A stretch of DNA of 64,000 nt, taken from Nemertoderma westbladi (Eukaryota > Animalia > Xenacoelomorpha). This document shows positions 36,941-49,667 of this stretch, piece by piece; position 1 is the first letter of the stretch, and every line of letters starts with the position of its first letter. The notes below the pieces were generated by a model. The model was not told where the DNA came from and made no database searches. It saw nothing but the letters and a program-made list of their open reading frames with translations. A program made the translations under genes and the position numbers. Location of the stretch: NCBI GenBank assembly GCA_032718475.1, contig JAUCBJ010007287.1, positions 43,910 through 107,909 on the forward strand, in the 5' to 3' direction.

Positions 36941-38168
36941 TGTGCGTATGGTAAGTCGATAAATAACAGTTCAATACTTGATTGAGGAAACAAAAGTGGC
37001 AAATAGATTCATCCCAAGACTATGTTTTGAATATTTTTGATGGACCAGTCGGACTTCTGCGCTTTAATTCCATAAAACCAAGCATGAAAAGTAATTCGTT
37101 GGGAAATAAAGAGGTATTTCCTCCCACAAGGAAATAAACAACTTTACGTGTTCCAAGAATGGAAATATGAATAAAATATGGGATAAAATGAGGCGTACAA
37201 AACAATTAAGCATTTACTTAATATCTACTATGAAGCCAAGCAAATCAGATACTGGTAATTCACAGTAGGCAGTCTTGCAGTAAGATGTCTTACGGTAAAT
37301 ATGAGACACCATCTATTATCTAACCCATCCAATCTAGAATTATTGCAGCAGGAATTTACCTATTGTACCCAACTTACAGTAGAAAACGAACGTCTACGTC
37401 TAGCACGATCCAACAACACATAGGACGCTGTGAGGTAATGTTTAAAACTCAAAGATATGTGTACATAGATCAGCAGGACGAACTATATAGTCGTCAGGAG
37501 GACATTTATATTAAATTATTTGAGATATTATGTTTCGTCTTATTTGAGTTGAATTAATTTGGTCAATTTATTATGTAAATAAATAATTATGTACGTTCTA
37601 AGAATATTTGCCTTAATTGTTTATATTGGAATTATACTGGAATTGGACGAGGATTACTTGGTTTGAGCACAAGGCGACTTTGTGAAACGCCAGTCATACC
37701 CTTTCCTAGCGTTTCAGACCCGCAGGCGACTCGATGCAGGTGTCCTAGCCCACGTAGACCCAAATCACCGATGAGTCGTTTCAGGGGGTGTGGTCGAGCT
37801 CGATTGACGAAGCAGTACTGAGTGAACAGATGAGATGGATGTCTTACGAGCCTGCCATTAGCATTAAACACTCAGATGAAGGACTAGATCAGCAGGACGA
37901 ACTATATAGTATATAGTATATAGGACGAACAACAAGATTGCGACTGCTTATTGGTTGTTGGCCGGCAACGAGCCCTGTTGTTCCGGGAATTACTAGGTTC
38001 CCCCTGGCCAGTGTCCTAGGTGAATATGCCCCCCCCCCCCCCGCGTGGAATGCCCACCCCCCCCCCCCCCCCTCCTCATAGACTTACAAGTGTAGTAATG
38101 CTGCAGTATTGCAGTAGGCCTAGCCAGCACTTTAATTGGATTTATTTGTTGTTTTTTTTTGGTTAGGG

Positions 38169-41064
38169 TTAGTTACAGATGAGATCCTTCCAGGCTTCCC
38201 GATTCTCCATAGTTGTCGCAATTTCGTTTCTCCCAAGTTCAGTATCCCTTTCAAGTTGATCTATATATGTTATGGCCGGGTGTCCACAACAACGCTTTCC
38301 GTGAGTTGGTTGCCAGAAACGTAGATCTGGTATGACCTCGTCTTTACTTCGCCAGCAGTGCCCACTGAATCTTAATCTGCGTTCACGGAGGGTAGTTGAT
38401 ACAGGTGGTATTGCACCATAAAGCTCGGCATTTGTCATGTGTTTTCTCCCGCTGATGTTTAGGGCTGCCCTTAGTAGTCTTTGTAGCAACCATCAATTCG
38501 TTGTTCAAGTGATTTAGTCAGTGTCCAGGTCTCACCCCCATATAAAAATAAACTTTCCACTGTGGCTCGAAAGAACTTAGTCTTCAGGTGCCTGGGGAGA
38601 TCTGATTTCCAGACGGTATCCATTTTTGATAGAGCTACCCAAGACTTTGCTTTCCTAACTTCTATGTCCTTTTTGCTACTCTCTATCCATGAACCTTGGT
38701 ACTGGAAGTCGTCAACCTTCCTTAGTTGATTATTATCAATGATTGTCAAGTTTCCATCAACATTAAAAGTCATGAATTCGGTCTTGGTAGCATTTATATG
38801 CAATCCAACCTCCTTAGCAGCCCTCTCCACGTTATTTAGTAGGAGCTGTGCATCTGCTAGCGTATTAGAGAGCAGGGCGATGTCATCCGCGAAGTCGGTG
38901 TCTGTGACTGTAGTTGCTGGATATCTACAACTTCTGCGTTCTTGAAGTGTGAATCCCAGATCTTCACCCTTTGTGGCTGGCCTCATTGCGTAATCCAGTA
39001 CAATTACAAATAGTAATGGTGCTAATGTTTCACCTTGCAGTACGCCAGCCAGGATTGAGAAAAACTCAGTTTCACCATCTGGTGAGAGTACCTGTGCTTC
39101 TGTGTCACAATATAACAATCCAATGCCAGCAACGATTACTTCTGGTATTCCATAAGCTCTTAGGATTTCAAGCATTTTTCCTCTATGGATGGAGTCAAAT
39201 GCCTTCTTGAAGTCCACAAAAGTTATGACTGCGGGGAGATTCTTTGACTTGATTCCTTCAATCAGTCTCTGCAGTGCAAGTATCTGAGCTATTGTTGATC
39301 TACTTGGTCGAAATCCGCTTTGGCTCTTACGCAGTAGTTTCTCTATATGAGGCCTAATCCTATATAGAATCATTTTATTTTATATTTTGGCAGCTACCAC
39401 AAGCAGACAGATCCCATGATAGTTTGTTGGTATACCGAGGTCTCCTTTCTTGGGGAGAGGCTTTAGTTGACATTTAGTCCAAATTGGTAGAGGCATTTCC
39501 CCTTTTAACATCCGGTTGCAAACATTCAATAATGGTCTGTTTAGCACTCTTGTTTTTCATACCTCCGCTGGAATTTCATCTAATCCACTCGCTTTATTAT
39601 TGTACATGCTTTTAATGCTTCTTTGGAGTTCGGAAGGTGTGAAGTCCCCTGTCTCTATAGGTAGTGTCTTGTCATATATATTCCTTGTAGGGCTGACCTC
39701 GATGTTTGGTGGTTGCCCAAGCAAGTTGCTGAATTGATTTTTCCTCTTCCCCACACGTTCTTCAGCACCATTGGCTTTGAGGTGCCCCTTTGCGCAACAT
39801 TTCCGACCAGATACCTCATTCACAATTTACCAGGTAAGTCTTGATTGTTGCTGTATGTGAGCAGTTGTAATTGCTTCAATTTTATCCTGTATGTACTTTT
39901 CCTGGCTGATGTTGTTGGCCAATTTAAGATCATCCTTAGCTTTCTCAACCTTAACTTTGTTAATGTTTTCGGTTGTTGGTTGTTCGGTTTTTACTTTGTA
40001 GGCTATCTTAAGATCTTCTCTCTTACAAGTAACCTCAGAGTTTGGCCATGGCACATATTGTTTTCGTTTGGGGCTCTGGGGGATATGCCTCTTAGCTAAT
40101 TCCTTGTGGGCTTTTATTATATTCTGGTATATTGAATCGGTGGACTGGTCTTCATCCATTGACTGAAGTGTTGAACTTCTACTGTGTAAGCATCCTTTAC
40201 TGCATTGTCATTTCTGAGTTTTTCCCAGTCATAGTTGATTTGCTTGCTTGTCCTGGGTTTGCTGGCTCTCAAACTGAGTCTGATCTCTGCAGTCATAATT
40301 CTGTGGTCCGAACCAATTAGGTTGAACGAGCTGTATGCCTCGCAGTTGATCATGCTGTTTCTCCACTTTTTGTTTATAAGGATGTAATCCAGTTGTGCTT
40401 TGGTTCCATTAGGGTATTGAAAGGTTCATAGCTTCCCCTTACTCTTTTCGAATGTGGTGTTTGTTGGTATTAATTAACATTCTTCCATTAGGTCTAAAAG
40501 TAAGTACCCATTTCTATTAGAACTGGTGTTATATTTGTAACCCTTGATGTCTTCTGGGCCAATTTGAGCATTCAGGTCACCAGCAATGACTTTAACATTG
40601 TGTTTCGGAATGTCCTTTATAAGTCCTGTCAGATCTTCATAAAACTTGACTGCTTGTTCTGGCTCTGAGGCATTGGTTGGACTGTAGCAACATATAACTG
40701 TTGCCTTGGGATTCCCATCAAATGTTGCGATCATAACCCTGGAATTTATAAATTCGATGTTGTTTAAGGTCTTAAGTGCAAATGGGCTTATCAGAATTCC
40801 TACTCCACCAATTGATGCATTGGCCAAGTTTCTTACTGTTGAGCTTGTTAATAACATCCATCCATTTCCAATATCATTCTTCTTCATGGCAGTGTCTTCA
40901 TGACAAATCCAATGTTCTCGGATGCAGATGATGTCGATGTAATATTCCATTGCCAGAGCGACCATGTCGCCCTGTTTGGTATGTGCTTTCAGCGTGCATG
41001 CGTTCATTGTAGCAATCTTTAGTGTCTTTTTACATTTCAACAGGTTGGTTCTTCTTTCTTCTCT
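38169..41064 (-). mobile_element. RTE-2 LINE copy A (APE endonuclease + RT, frameshifted)
   Basis: IATMNA, YSPT, GDLNAQIG, SDHR, QSGFR, FVDFKKAFDSI, DFADD, RLRFSGHC. Confidence 0.93.
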
Positions 41065-41519
41065 GTGTTAATAAAGTATTAATTAACAAAATATTACGCG
41101 AGAGAAAACTAAGTAGTAATTCGCTATACACAATTGTCGCCGTCGTAATACGTACATGACATGAATTACATAGGTCTAAGGCATGCTTCTGGTGTGAGTA
41201 GGTCTAAGGCATGCTTCTGGTGTGAGTGCTGTTAGCATTCTCCGTATTAAATTTTTTTTCTATTTCATCTAGTTCCAGAGTTTATTCCAAATTTATAACA
41301 GTGTATTTTTCATTAACATGTAGTTAAACTTTCTAAGAATAACGGTGAACATTAAATTTGATTCAATTACAATTATTTATTATTTATGATTCAATTATTT
41401 ATAACATAATTTATGTCATTTTTACAATTATTTATACAGCAAGTAATATAATTTGTGCTGTTTCTATCACTTATAATGTATATATATGTACAATCATTTC
41501 GTAATGTTAAAATTTTGGA

Positions 41520-41680
41520 ATAAAACTACATACATAGTTGTTGCAAAGTACTTTGTGGTGTCCTAATCCTCGTGGCTTTATTTTCACTCACTCACTAACG
41601 TTCGTTCGTGTAATAAAGCCAGCCACGCGGATCATCACACTGTAAAGTGCTACTTTACACACAAGTATGTAAATAGTTAT
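41520..41680. repeat. ~160-bp MITE-like intronic hairpin (copies also at ~47413-47573 and ~49067-49227)
   Basis: Imperfect terminal inverted repeats (aactacatacata.ttgt / acaagtatgtaaatagtt) and internal ggctttatt/aataaagcc arms. Confidence 0.55.
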
Positions 41681-41716
41681 AATAAATTTTCAAAGCTTTT
41701 ATAACATGTTTCACAG

Positions 41717-41842
41717 ATTTTAACGAATGCACATCAAGCACCCACAACTGTCTAACAAATGCTATCTGCACAAATATTGATGGAGGTTTTAATTGTGTTT
41801 GTAAATCTGGTTATTCAGGCGATGGTGTAACATTATGTGATG
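41717..41842 (+). CDS. Calcium-binding EGF exon E1 (126 bp, phase 1-1)
   Basis: cacag|...|gtaagt; [42 protein letters not shown]. Confidence 0.9.
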
Positions 41843-42121
41843 GTAAGTGGTAAGTTGGTAAATGGTAAGTAATTCATTGTTTGAATCATTATCATAAACA
41901 TCTCAACATTTACTGTAAAACTCAATTAAATCTAACCACTCAGCAAGACGTGGGGTGCGGGTACTCTCGCATTTATGATTATTTTGGTAGTGAACAGACT
42001 GTTTATCTGAATTATATTGTTTTCATTTACAGCTAGCTCTATACAATACTGTAGTGCATATACACTTCGACCCTTCCCCGGTGATCACCGCTTTATTTTG
42101 GTCTTGGTCTTGGTTATTGTA

Positions 42122-44404
42122 GTCTTGGTAGCATTTATATGCAATCCAACCTCCTTGGCAGCCCTCTCCACGTTATTTAGTAGGAGCTGTGCATCTGCTA
42201 GCGTATTAGAGAGCAGGGCGATGTCATCCGCGAAGTCGGTGTCTGTGACTGTAGTTGCCGGAAATCTACAACTTCTGCGTCCTTGAAGTGTGAATCCCAG
42301 ATCTTCACCCTTTGTGGCTGGCCTCATTGCGTAATCCAGTACAATTACAAATAGTAATGGTGCTAATGTGTCACCTTGAAGTACGCCAGCCAGGATTGAG
42401 AAAAACTCAGTTTCACCATCTGGTGAGAGTTGCTGTGCTTCTGTGTAACAATATAACAATCCAATGCCAGCAACGATTACTTCTGGTATTCCATAAGCTC
42501 TTAGGATTTCAAGCATTTTACCTATATGGATGGAGTCAAATGCCTTCTTGAAGTCCACAAAAGTTATGACTGCGGGGAGATTCTTTGACTTGATTCCTTC
42601 AATCAGTCTCTGCAGTGCAAGTATCTGAGCTATTGTTGATCTACTTGGTCGAAATCCGCTTTGGCTCTTACGCAGTAGTTTCTCTATGTGAGGCCTAATC
42701 CTATATAGAATCATTTTATTGTATATTTTGGCAGCTACAACAAGCAGACAGATCCCACGATAGTTTGTTGGTATACCGAGGTCTCCTTTCTTGGGGAGAG
42801 GCTTTAGTTGACATTTAGTCCAAATTGGTGGAGGCTTTTCCCCTTTTAACACTCCGGTTGCAAACATTCAATAATGGTCTGTTTAACCCCCTTTTTTTTT
42901 TCATACCTCTGCTGGAATTTCATCTAATCCACTCGCTTTATTATTGGACATGCTTTTAATGCTTCTTTGGAGTTCGGGAGGTGTGAAGTCCCCTGTCTCT
43001 ATAGGTAGTGTCTTGTCATATATTTTCCTTGTAGGGCTGACATCGATGTTTGGTGGTTGCCCAAGCATGTTGCTGAAGTGATTTTTCCTCTTCCCCACAC
43101 GTTCTTCAGCACCATTGGCTTTGAGGCGCCCCTTTGAACAACATTTCCGACCAGATACCTCATTCACAATTTACCAGGTAAGTCTTGATTGTTGCTGTAT
43201 GTGAGCAGTTGTAATTGCTTCAATTTTAACCTGTATGTACTTTTCCTGGCTGATGTTGTTGGCCAATTTAAGATCATCCTTAGCTTTCTCAACCTTGTTA
43301 ATGTTTTCGGTTGTTGGTTGTTCGGTTTTTACTTTGTAGGCTATCTTAAGATCTTCTCTCTAACAAGTAACCTCAGAGTTTTGCCATGGGACATACTGTT
43401 TTCGTTTGGGGTTCTGGGGGATATGCCTCTTAGCTGATTCCTTGTGGGCTTTTATTATATTCTGGTATATTAAATCGGTGGACTGGTCTTCATCCATTGA
43501 CTGAAGTGTTGAACTTCTACTGTGTAAGCATACTTTACTGCATTGTCATTTCTGAGTTTCTCCCAGTCATAGTTGATTTGCTTGCTTGTTCTGGGTTTGC
43601 TGGCTCTCAAACTGAGTCTGATCTCTGCAGTCATAATTCTGTGGTCCGAACCAATTAGGTTGAACGAGCTGTATGCCTCGCAGTTGATCATGCTGTTTCT
43701 CCACTTTTTGTTTATAAGGATGTAATCCAGTTGTGCTTTGGTTCCATTAGGGTATTGAAAGGTTCATAGCTTCCCCTTACTCTTTTCGAATGTGGTGTTT
43801 GTTGGTATTAATTAACATTCTTCCATTAGGTCTAAAAGTAAGTACCCATTTCTATTAGAACTGGTGTTATATTTGCAACCCTTGATGTCTTCTGGGCCAA
43901 TTTGAGCATTCAGGTCACCAGCAATGACTTTAACATTGTGTTTCGGAATGTCCTTTATAAGTCCTGTCAGATCTTCATAAAACTTGACTGCTTGTTCTGG
44001 CTCTGAGGCATTGGTTGGACTGTAGCAACATATAACTGTTGCCTTGGGATTCCCATCAAATGTTGCGATCATAACCCTGGAATTTATAAATTCTATGTTG
44101 TTTAGGGTCTTAAGTGCAAATGGGCTTATCAGAATTCCTACTCCACCAATTGATGCATTGGCTAAGTTTCTTACTGTTGAGCTTGTTAATGACATCCATC
44201 CATTTCCAATGTCATTGTACTTCATGGCAGTGTCTTCATGACAAATCCGATGTTCTTGGATGCAGATGATGTCGATGTAATATTCAATTGCCAGAGCGAC
44301 CATATGTCACCCAGTTTGGTATGTGCTTTCAGCGTGCATGCGTTCATTGTAGCAATCTTTAGTGTCTTTTTACATTTCAACAGGTTGGTTCTTCTTTCTT
44401 CTCT
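42122..44404 (-). mobile_element. RTE-2 LINE copy B (3'-truncated)
   Basis: Near-identical to copy A, with the same 5' junction and a shared small deletion. Confidence 0.93.
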
Positions 44405-45039
44405 GTGTTAATAAAGTATTAATTAACAAAATATTACGCGAGAGAAAACTAAGCAGTAATTCGCTATACACAATTGTCGCCGTCGTAATACGTACATGAC
44501 ATGAATTACATAGGTCTAAGGCATGCTTCTGGTGTGAGTAGGTCTAAGGCATGTTTCTGGTGTGAGTGCTGTTAGCATTCTCCGTATTAAATTTTTTTTC
44601 TATTTCATCTAGTTCCAGAGTTTATTCCAAATTTAAAACAGTGTATTTTTCATTAACATGTACTTAAACTTTCTAAGAATAACGGGGAACATTAAATTTG
44701 ATTCAATTGCAAGTTATAAAACCAATAAATCTCAACACAGTTAGACTAGATAGTCGTCAAATTTCAACATCAAACAGATAAAATGAGCGGGAAGTTCAAA
44801 CTGAAATTAAAAAGAAATTGAAACTGTATCGGTATTTAAAATTCAAAAGCAACGTTACATTAATTTCCTAACTATTAGTTGTATCAAAGTTGATTAAAAT
44901 GATTTAAAATGATTTAAAAATAATATATAAACATGAGAACTAAAGTAAAATGTTATTATGAGAGGTACTGTAAATGAAAGTAGAATTAAAGCACCAATCT
45001 GACTGAAGCTGCACCTACACTACACCTCTAAAATATTAT

Positions 45040-45730
45040 AGAGGCCTTCAGTTAGTGATTCGCTGGTTCCCAATATCGAAGCGGTGTTTCCGATCAGGAT
45101 AGCTATCAGGATAAGCTGTAGTATGAGAACGGGGCTCATGTGTGTTGGTGTGGAGCCTCCTCCCGACTTCTTTAAGGAAAGCGGCTGTTCTTGGACCGGG
45201 GCGGCCAAATGTCTCAAAGGCAACTGGTTCGAACTGATAGCCCCGATCAATTAACTCCTGATACTTCCTGATCTTTACGTTCTCCTGATCCTTGGCTATG
45301 CGACCACCAATTGTTTGGCTTATTCTGAGATGGCTGGGGGCCAGCGGGTCGACTACTGTGGCGTCCCAGGTAAGTGTTCTTCCCTGGCTCCAAGGAACTA
45401 ATGTTACACCATCTACCCACTTCCCATCGCTCAAACAGAGACCTGGCGGTTCACGCAGGGATGGCATGCCGCAGCTGTTTAGTGATCGCTTTACGATATC
45501 GTTCAGCATGCTGTGGCGTGCTTGTCGACCTGCGCTCTTACTGCACGAGAGACCATGGAGACCGTCAGATTTAACGGGTTTACCGCACCGGAAACAGTCG
45601 TGGGGCTCCGTTACTTTACATCAAAGGCGGGTTGCTATTGAAATACGGAGCTGGGCATCTGTTAGTTTCAGGCCTAATGACGATACTGGATACTCAATTC
45701 ACGTCGATCCAACAGCCAGGGATTGGGTCG
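45040..45730 (-). mobile_element. CRE-like non-LTR retrotransposon 3' fragment (zinc finger + RLE endonuclease)
   Basis: CFRCGKPVKSDGLHGLSC...RHSMLNDIVKRSL...EPPGL...DGVTLVPWSQGRTLTWDATVVD...KIRKY...FEPVAFETFG. Confidence 0.82.
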
Positions 45731-45955
45731 TCTATAGCGTTTCTAGTTCCTATTTTCTCTATTTATCAAGATTCCAAATATGTAAACCGTTTAGCAAGAT
45801 TTGTCTCACTTCTCCATATTCTTCTCGTTGCTTTTTTTTGCTTGCTAATACTTATCAGCACGACAAATAAACAAACATGCAAGCACACAACACCCAATTA
45901 TATTACTATTTTTTACAAATATATATCTTCAATAGTTTCATAATATGTTTCACAG

Positions 45956-46081
45956 ATGTTAACGAATGTGCATCAAGCACCCCCAATTGTCCAACAAACG
46001 CCGACTGCACAAATACCGATGGTGGGTTTAATTGCACTTGTAAATCTGGTTATTCAGGCGATGGTGTAACATTGTGTGATG
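45956..46081 (+). CDS. Calcium-binding EGF exon E2
   Basis: cacag|...|gtaaga; [42 protein letters not shown]. Confidence 0.92.
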
Positions 46082-46446
46082 GTAAGAATTAAATATTAAT
46101 TATTTATTGTTCAAATTCATTATCTAAAACATCTAATCATATTTTTAAACCTCATTTAAATCTAACCCCGCATCACAACATTAGGACATAAGAATTCAGA
46201 TAGTTGATAAAGACCGTTGTCTTGCAATATGTTATTGCCTGTCTACACGGCACTCTCCTATGATTATATTCCGAGCTCTCCAGGCGCAGACATTCTAGAT
46301 AACAGATGTTAATAACCAACCGGTATATTGTCGGCGATTGTGGTATATAGTGATGGGTCTTCAATTAGTGATCGACCATTGATTTCTTATAATATTATGT
46401 ACATCAGTGTTATCTTATACTTGTTTTCCAATGGTGTATATAATAG

Positions 46447-46572
46447 ATGTTGATGAATGTACCGGAAAAACACACAATTGCCACAGTAATGCCAACTGCA
46501 CAAATACTGACGGTGGATTTAGTTGCTCCTGCAAGTCTGGGTATTCTGGAGATGGTAAAGATGTCTGTGCAG
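46447..46572 (+). CDS. Calcium-binding EGF exon E3
   Basis: aatag|...|gtaata; [42 protein letters not shown]. Confidence 0.92.
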
Positions 46573-47064
46573 GTAATAAAGTGTTAATTAACAAAATATT
46601 ACACGAGAGAAAAGTAAGTATTATTTCATTATACGAAATATGTTGCCATTGTAGTCGACATTACTTGAAAAAATTAATGTATAAATTATAATGCTTAAAA
46701 TTATTTCATTATTATGTTATGAAATTACGACTATTGGCTAATGATAATTGGTTTTATTTCGAATTAATTTGCAAGCTACAGTATTTGTTTAGTCAACTTT
46801 ACACTTTAATTATAGACATAGAGATTATTTATCCATTATAATGAAATTTGACAAAAATATAATTTGCCATTTTTTTAATTTAGCTGTAATTTTTACTGGT
46901 TCCCATTCTACCCTGCATGGGGTGTATCGAATTGATTATATTCCAAAATTGTAACATTACTCAACGCCATTAGTATTAACAGCGAGTTGTTATTTAGCAC
47001 TTTACAACTTTAGAGGACATTACAGCATTGAATTGGCCTGTACATTTAGTATTGTATTTGGTAT

Positions 47065-47155
47065 TATTGTTTACGTGGTAACCCATGGCGGCGTTAAGTA
47101 ATGTCCACTAAGGGGACATAACTTAACGCCGTCATTGGATACCACGTAAACAATA
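47065..47155. repeat. 91-bp near-perfect hairpin (copy at 48719-48809)
   Basis: tattgtttacgtggta...taccacgtaaacaata with inner ggcgttaagt/acttaacgcc. Confidence 0.85.
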
Positions 47156-47609
47156 GGTGGAAATTTGCCTGACAGCCAGATAGGCCTATTGCATTACCTA
47201 CCGGTAGGCGGGGTATAGCTATTAATAACCAGTAGGGCCTAGCTATATTAATATAACATGGCTTCAAACGCCGCGATAAATATAAGCTAACTTATTTATA
47301 ACATAATTTATGTCATTTTTACAATTATTTATACAGCAAGTAATATAATTTGTGCTGTTTCTATCACTTATAATGTATATGTACAATCATTTCGTAATGT
47401 TAAAATTTTGGAATAAAACTACATACATACTTGTTGCAAAGTACTTTATGGTGTCCTAATCCTCGTGGCTTTATTTTCACTCACTCACTAACGTGCGTTC
47501 GTGTAATAAAGCCAGCCACTCGGATCATCACACTGTAAAGTGCTACTTTACACACAAGTATGTAAATAGTTATAATACGTTTTCAAAGCTTTTATAACAT
47601 GTTTCACAG

Positions 47610-47735
47610 ATGTTAACGAATGCACATCAAGCACCCACAATTGTCCAACAAACGCCGACTGCACAAATACCGATGGTGGGTTTAATTGCACTTGTAAATC
47701 TGGTTATTCAGGCGATGGTGTAACATTGTGTGATG
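47610..47735 (+). CDS. Calcium-binding EGF exon E4 (chimeric E6/E2)
   Basis: [42 protein letters not shown]; canonical AG/GT. Confidence 0.92.
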
Positions 47736-48100
47736 GTAAGAATTAAATATTAATTATTTATTGTTCAAATTCATTATCTAAAACATCTAATCATATTTTT
47801 AAACCTCATTTAAATCTAACCCCGCATCACAACATCAGGACATAAGAATTCAGTTAGTTGATAAAGACCGTTGTCTTGCAATATGTTATTGCCTGTCTAC
47901 ACGGCACTCTCCTATGATTATATTCCGAGCTCTCCAGGCGCAGACATTCTAGATAACAGATGTTAATAACCAACTGGTATATTGTCGGCGATTGTGGTAT
48001 ATAGTGATGGCTCTTCAATTAGTGATCGACCATTGATTTCTTATAATATTATGTACATCAGTGTTATCTTATACTTGTTTTCCAATGGTGTATATAATAG

Positions 48101-48226
48101 ATGTTGATGAATGTACCGGAAAAACACACAATTGCCACAGTAATGCCAACTGCACAAATACTGACGGTGGATTTAGTTGCTCCTGCAAGTCTGGGTATTC
48201 TGGAGATGGTAAAGATGTCTGTGCAG
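48101..48226 (+). CDS. Calcium-binding EGF exon E5 (same peptide as E3)
   Basis: Canonical AG/GT; duplicate of 46447-46572. Confidence 0.92.
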
Positions 48227-49263
48227 GTAATAAAGTGTTAATTAACAAAATATTACACGAGAGAAAAGTAAGTATTATTTCATTATACGAAATATGTTGC
48301 CATTGTAGTCGACATTACTTGAAAAAATTAATGTATAAATTATAATGCTTAAAATTATTTCATTATTATGTTATGAAATTACGACTATTGGCTAATGATA
48401 ATTGGTTTTATTTCGAATTAATTTCCAAGCTACAGTATTTGTTTAGTCAACTTTACACTTTAATTATAGACATAGAGATTATTTATCCATTATAATGAAA
48501 TTTGACAAAAATATAATTTGCCATTTTTTTAATTTAGCTGTAATTTTTACTGGTTCCCATTCTACCCTGCATGGGGTGTATCGAATTGATTATATTCCAA
48601 AATTGTAACATTACTCAACACCATTAGTATTAACAGCGAGTTGTTATTTAGCACTTTACAACTTTAGAGGACATTACAGCATTGAATTGGCCTGTACATT
48701 TAGTATTGTATTTGGTATTATTGTTTACGTGGTAACCCATGGCGGCGTTAAGTAATGTCCACTAAGGGGACATAACTTAACGCCGTCATTGGATACCACG
48801 TAAACAATAGGTGGAAATTTGCCTGACAGCCAGATAGGCCTATTGCATTACCTACCGGTAGGCGGGGTATAGCTATTAATAACCAGTAGGGCCTAGCTAT
48901 ATTAATATAACATGGCTTCAAACGCCGCGATAAATATAAGCTAACTTATTTATAACATAATTTATGTCATTTTTACAATTATTTATACAGCAAGTAATAT
49001 AATTTGTGCAGTTTCTATCACTTATAATGTATATGTACAATCATTTCGTAATGTTAAAATTTTGGAATAAAACTACATACATACTTGTTGCAAAGTACTT
49101 TATGGTGTCCTAATCCTCGTGGCTTTATTTTCACTCACTCACTAACGTTCGTTCGTGTAATAAAGCCAGCCACTCGGATCATCACACTGTAAAGTGCTAC
49201 TTTACACACAAGTATGTAAATAGTTATAATAAGTTTTCAAAGCTTTTATAACATGTTTCACAG

Positions 49264-49389
49264 ATGTTAACGAATGCACATCAAGCACCCACAACTGTCT
49301 AACAAATGCTATCTGCACAAATATTGATGGAGGTTTTAATTGTGTTTGTAAATCTGGTTATTCAGGCGATGGTGTAACATTATGTGATG
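49264..49389 (+). CDS. Calcium-binding EGF exon E6
   Basis: [42 protein letters not shown]; canonical AG/GT. Confidence 0.92.
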
Positions 49390-49667
49390 GTAAGTGGTAA
49401 GTTGGTAAATGGTAAGTAATTCATTGTTTGAATCATTATCATAAACATCTCAACATTTACTGTAAAACTCAATTAAATCTAACCACTCAGCAAGACGTGG
49501 GGTGCGGGTACTCTCGCATTTATGATTATTTTGGTAGTGAACAGACTGTTTATCTGAATTATATTGTTTTCATTTACAGCTAGCTCTATACAATACTGTA
49601 GTGCATATTATTTCGACCCTTCCCCGGTGATCACCGCTTTATTTTGGTCTTGGTCTTGGTTATTGTA

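Larger units (their letters stand above)
45956..49389 (+). repeat. 1654-bp tandem segmental duplication (about two units) carrying EGF exon pairs
   Basis: Exon starts at 45956, 47610, 49264 and at 46447, 48101 are each 1654 bp apart; introns are near-identical. Confidence 0.93.
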
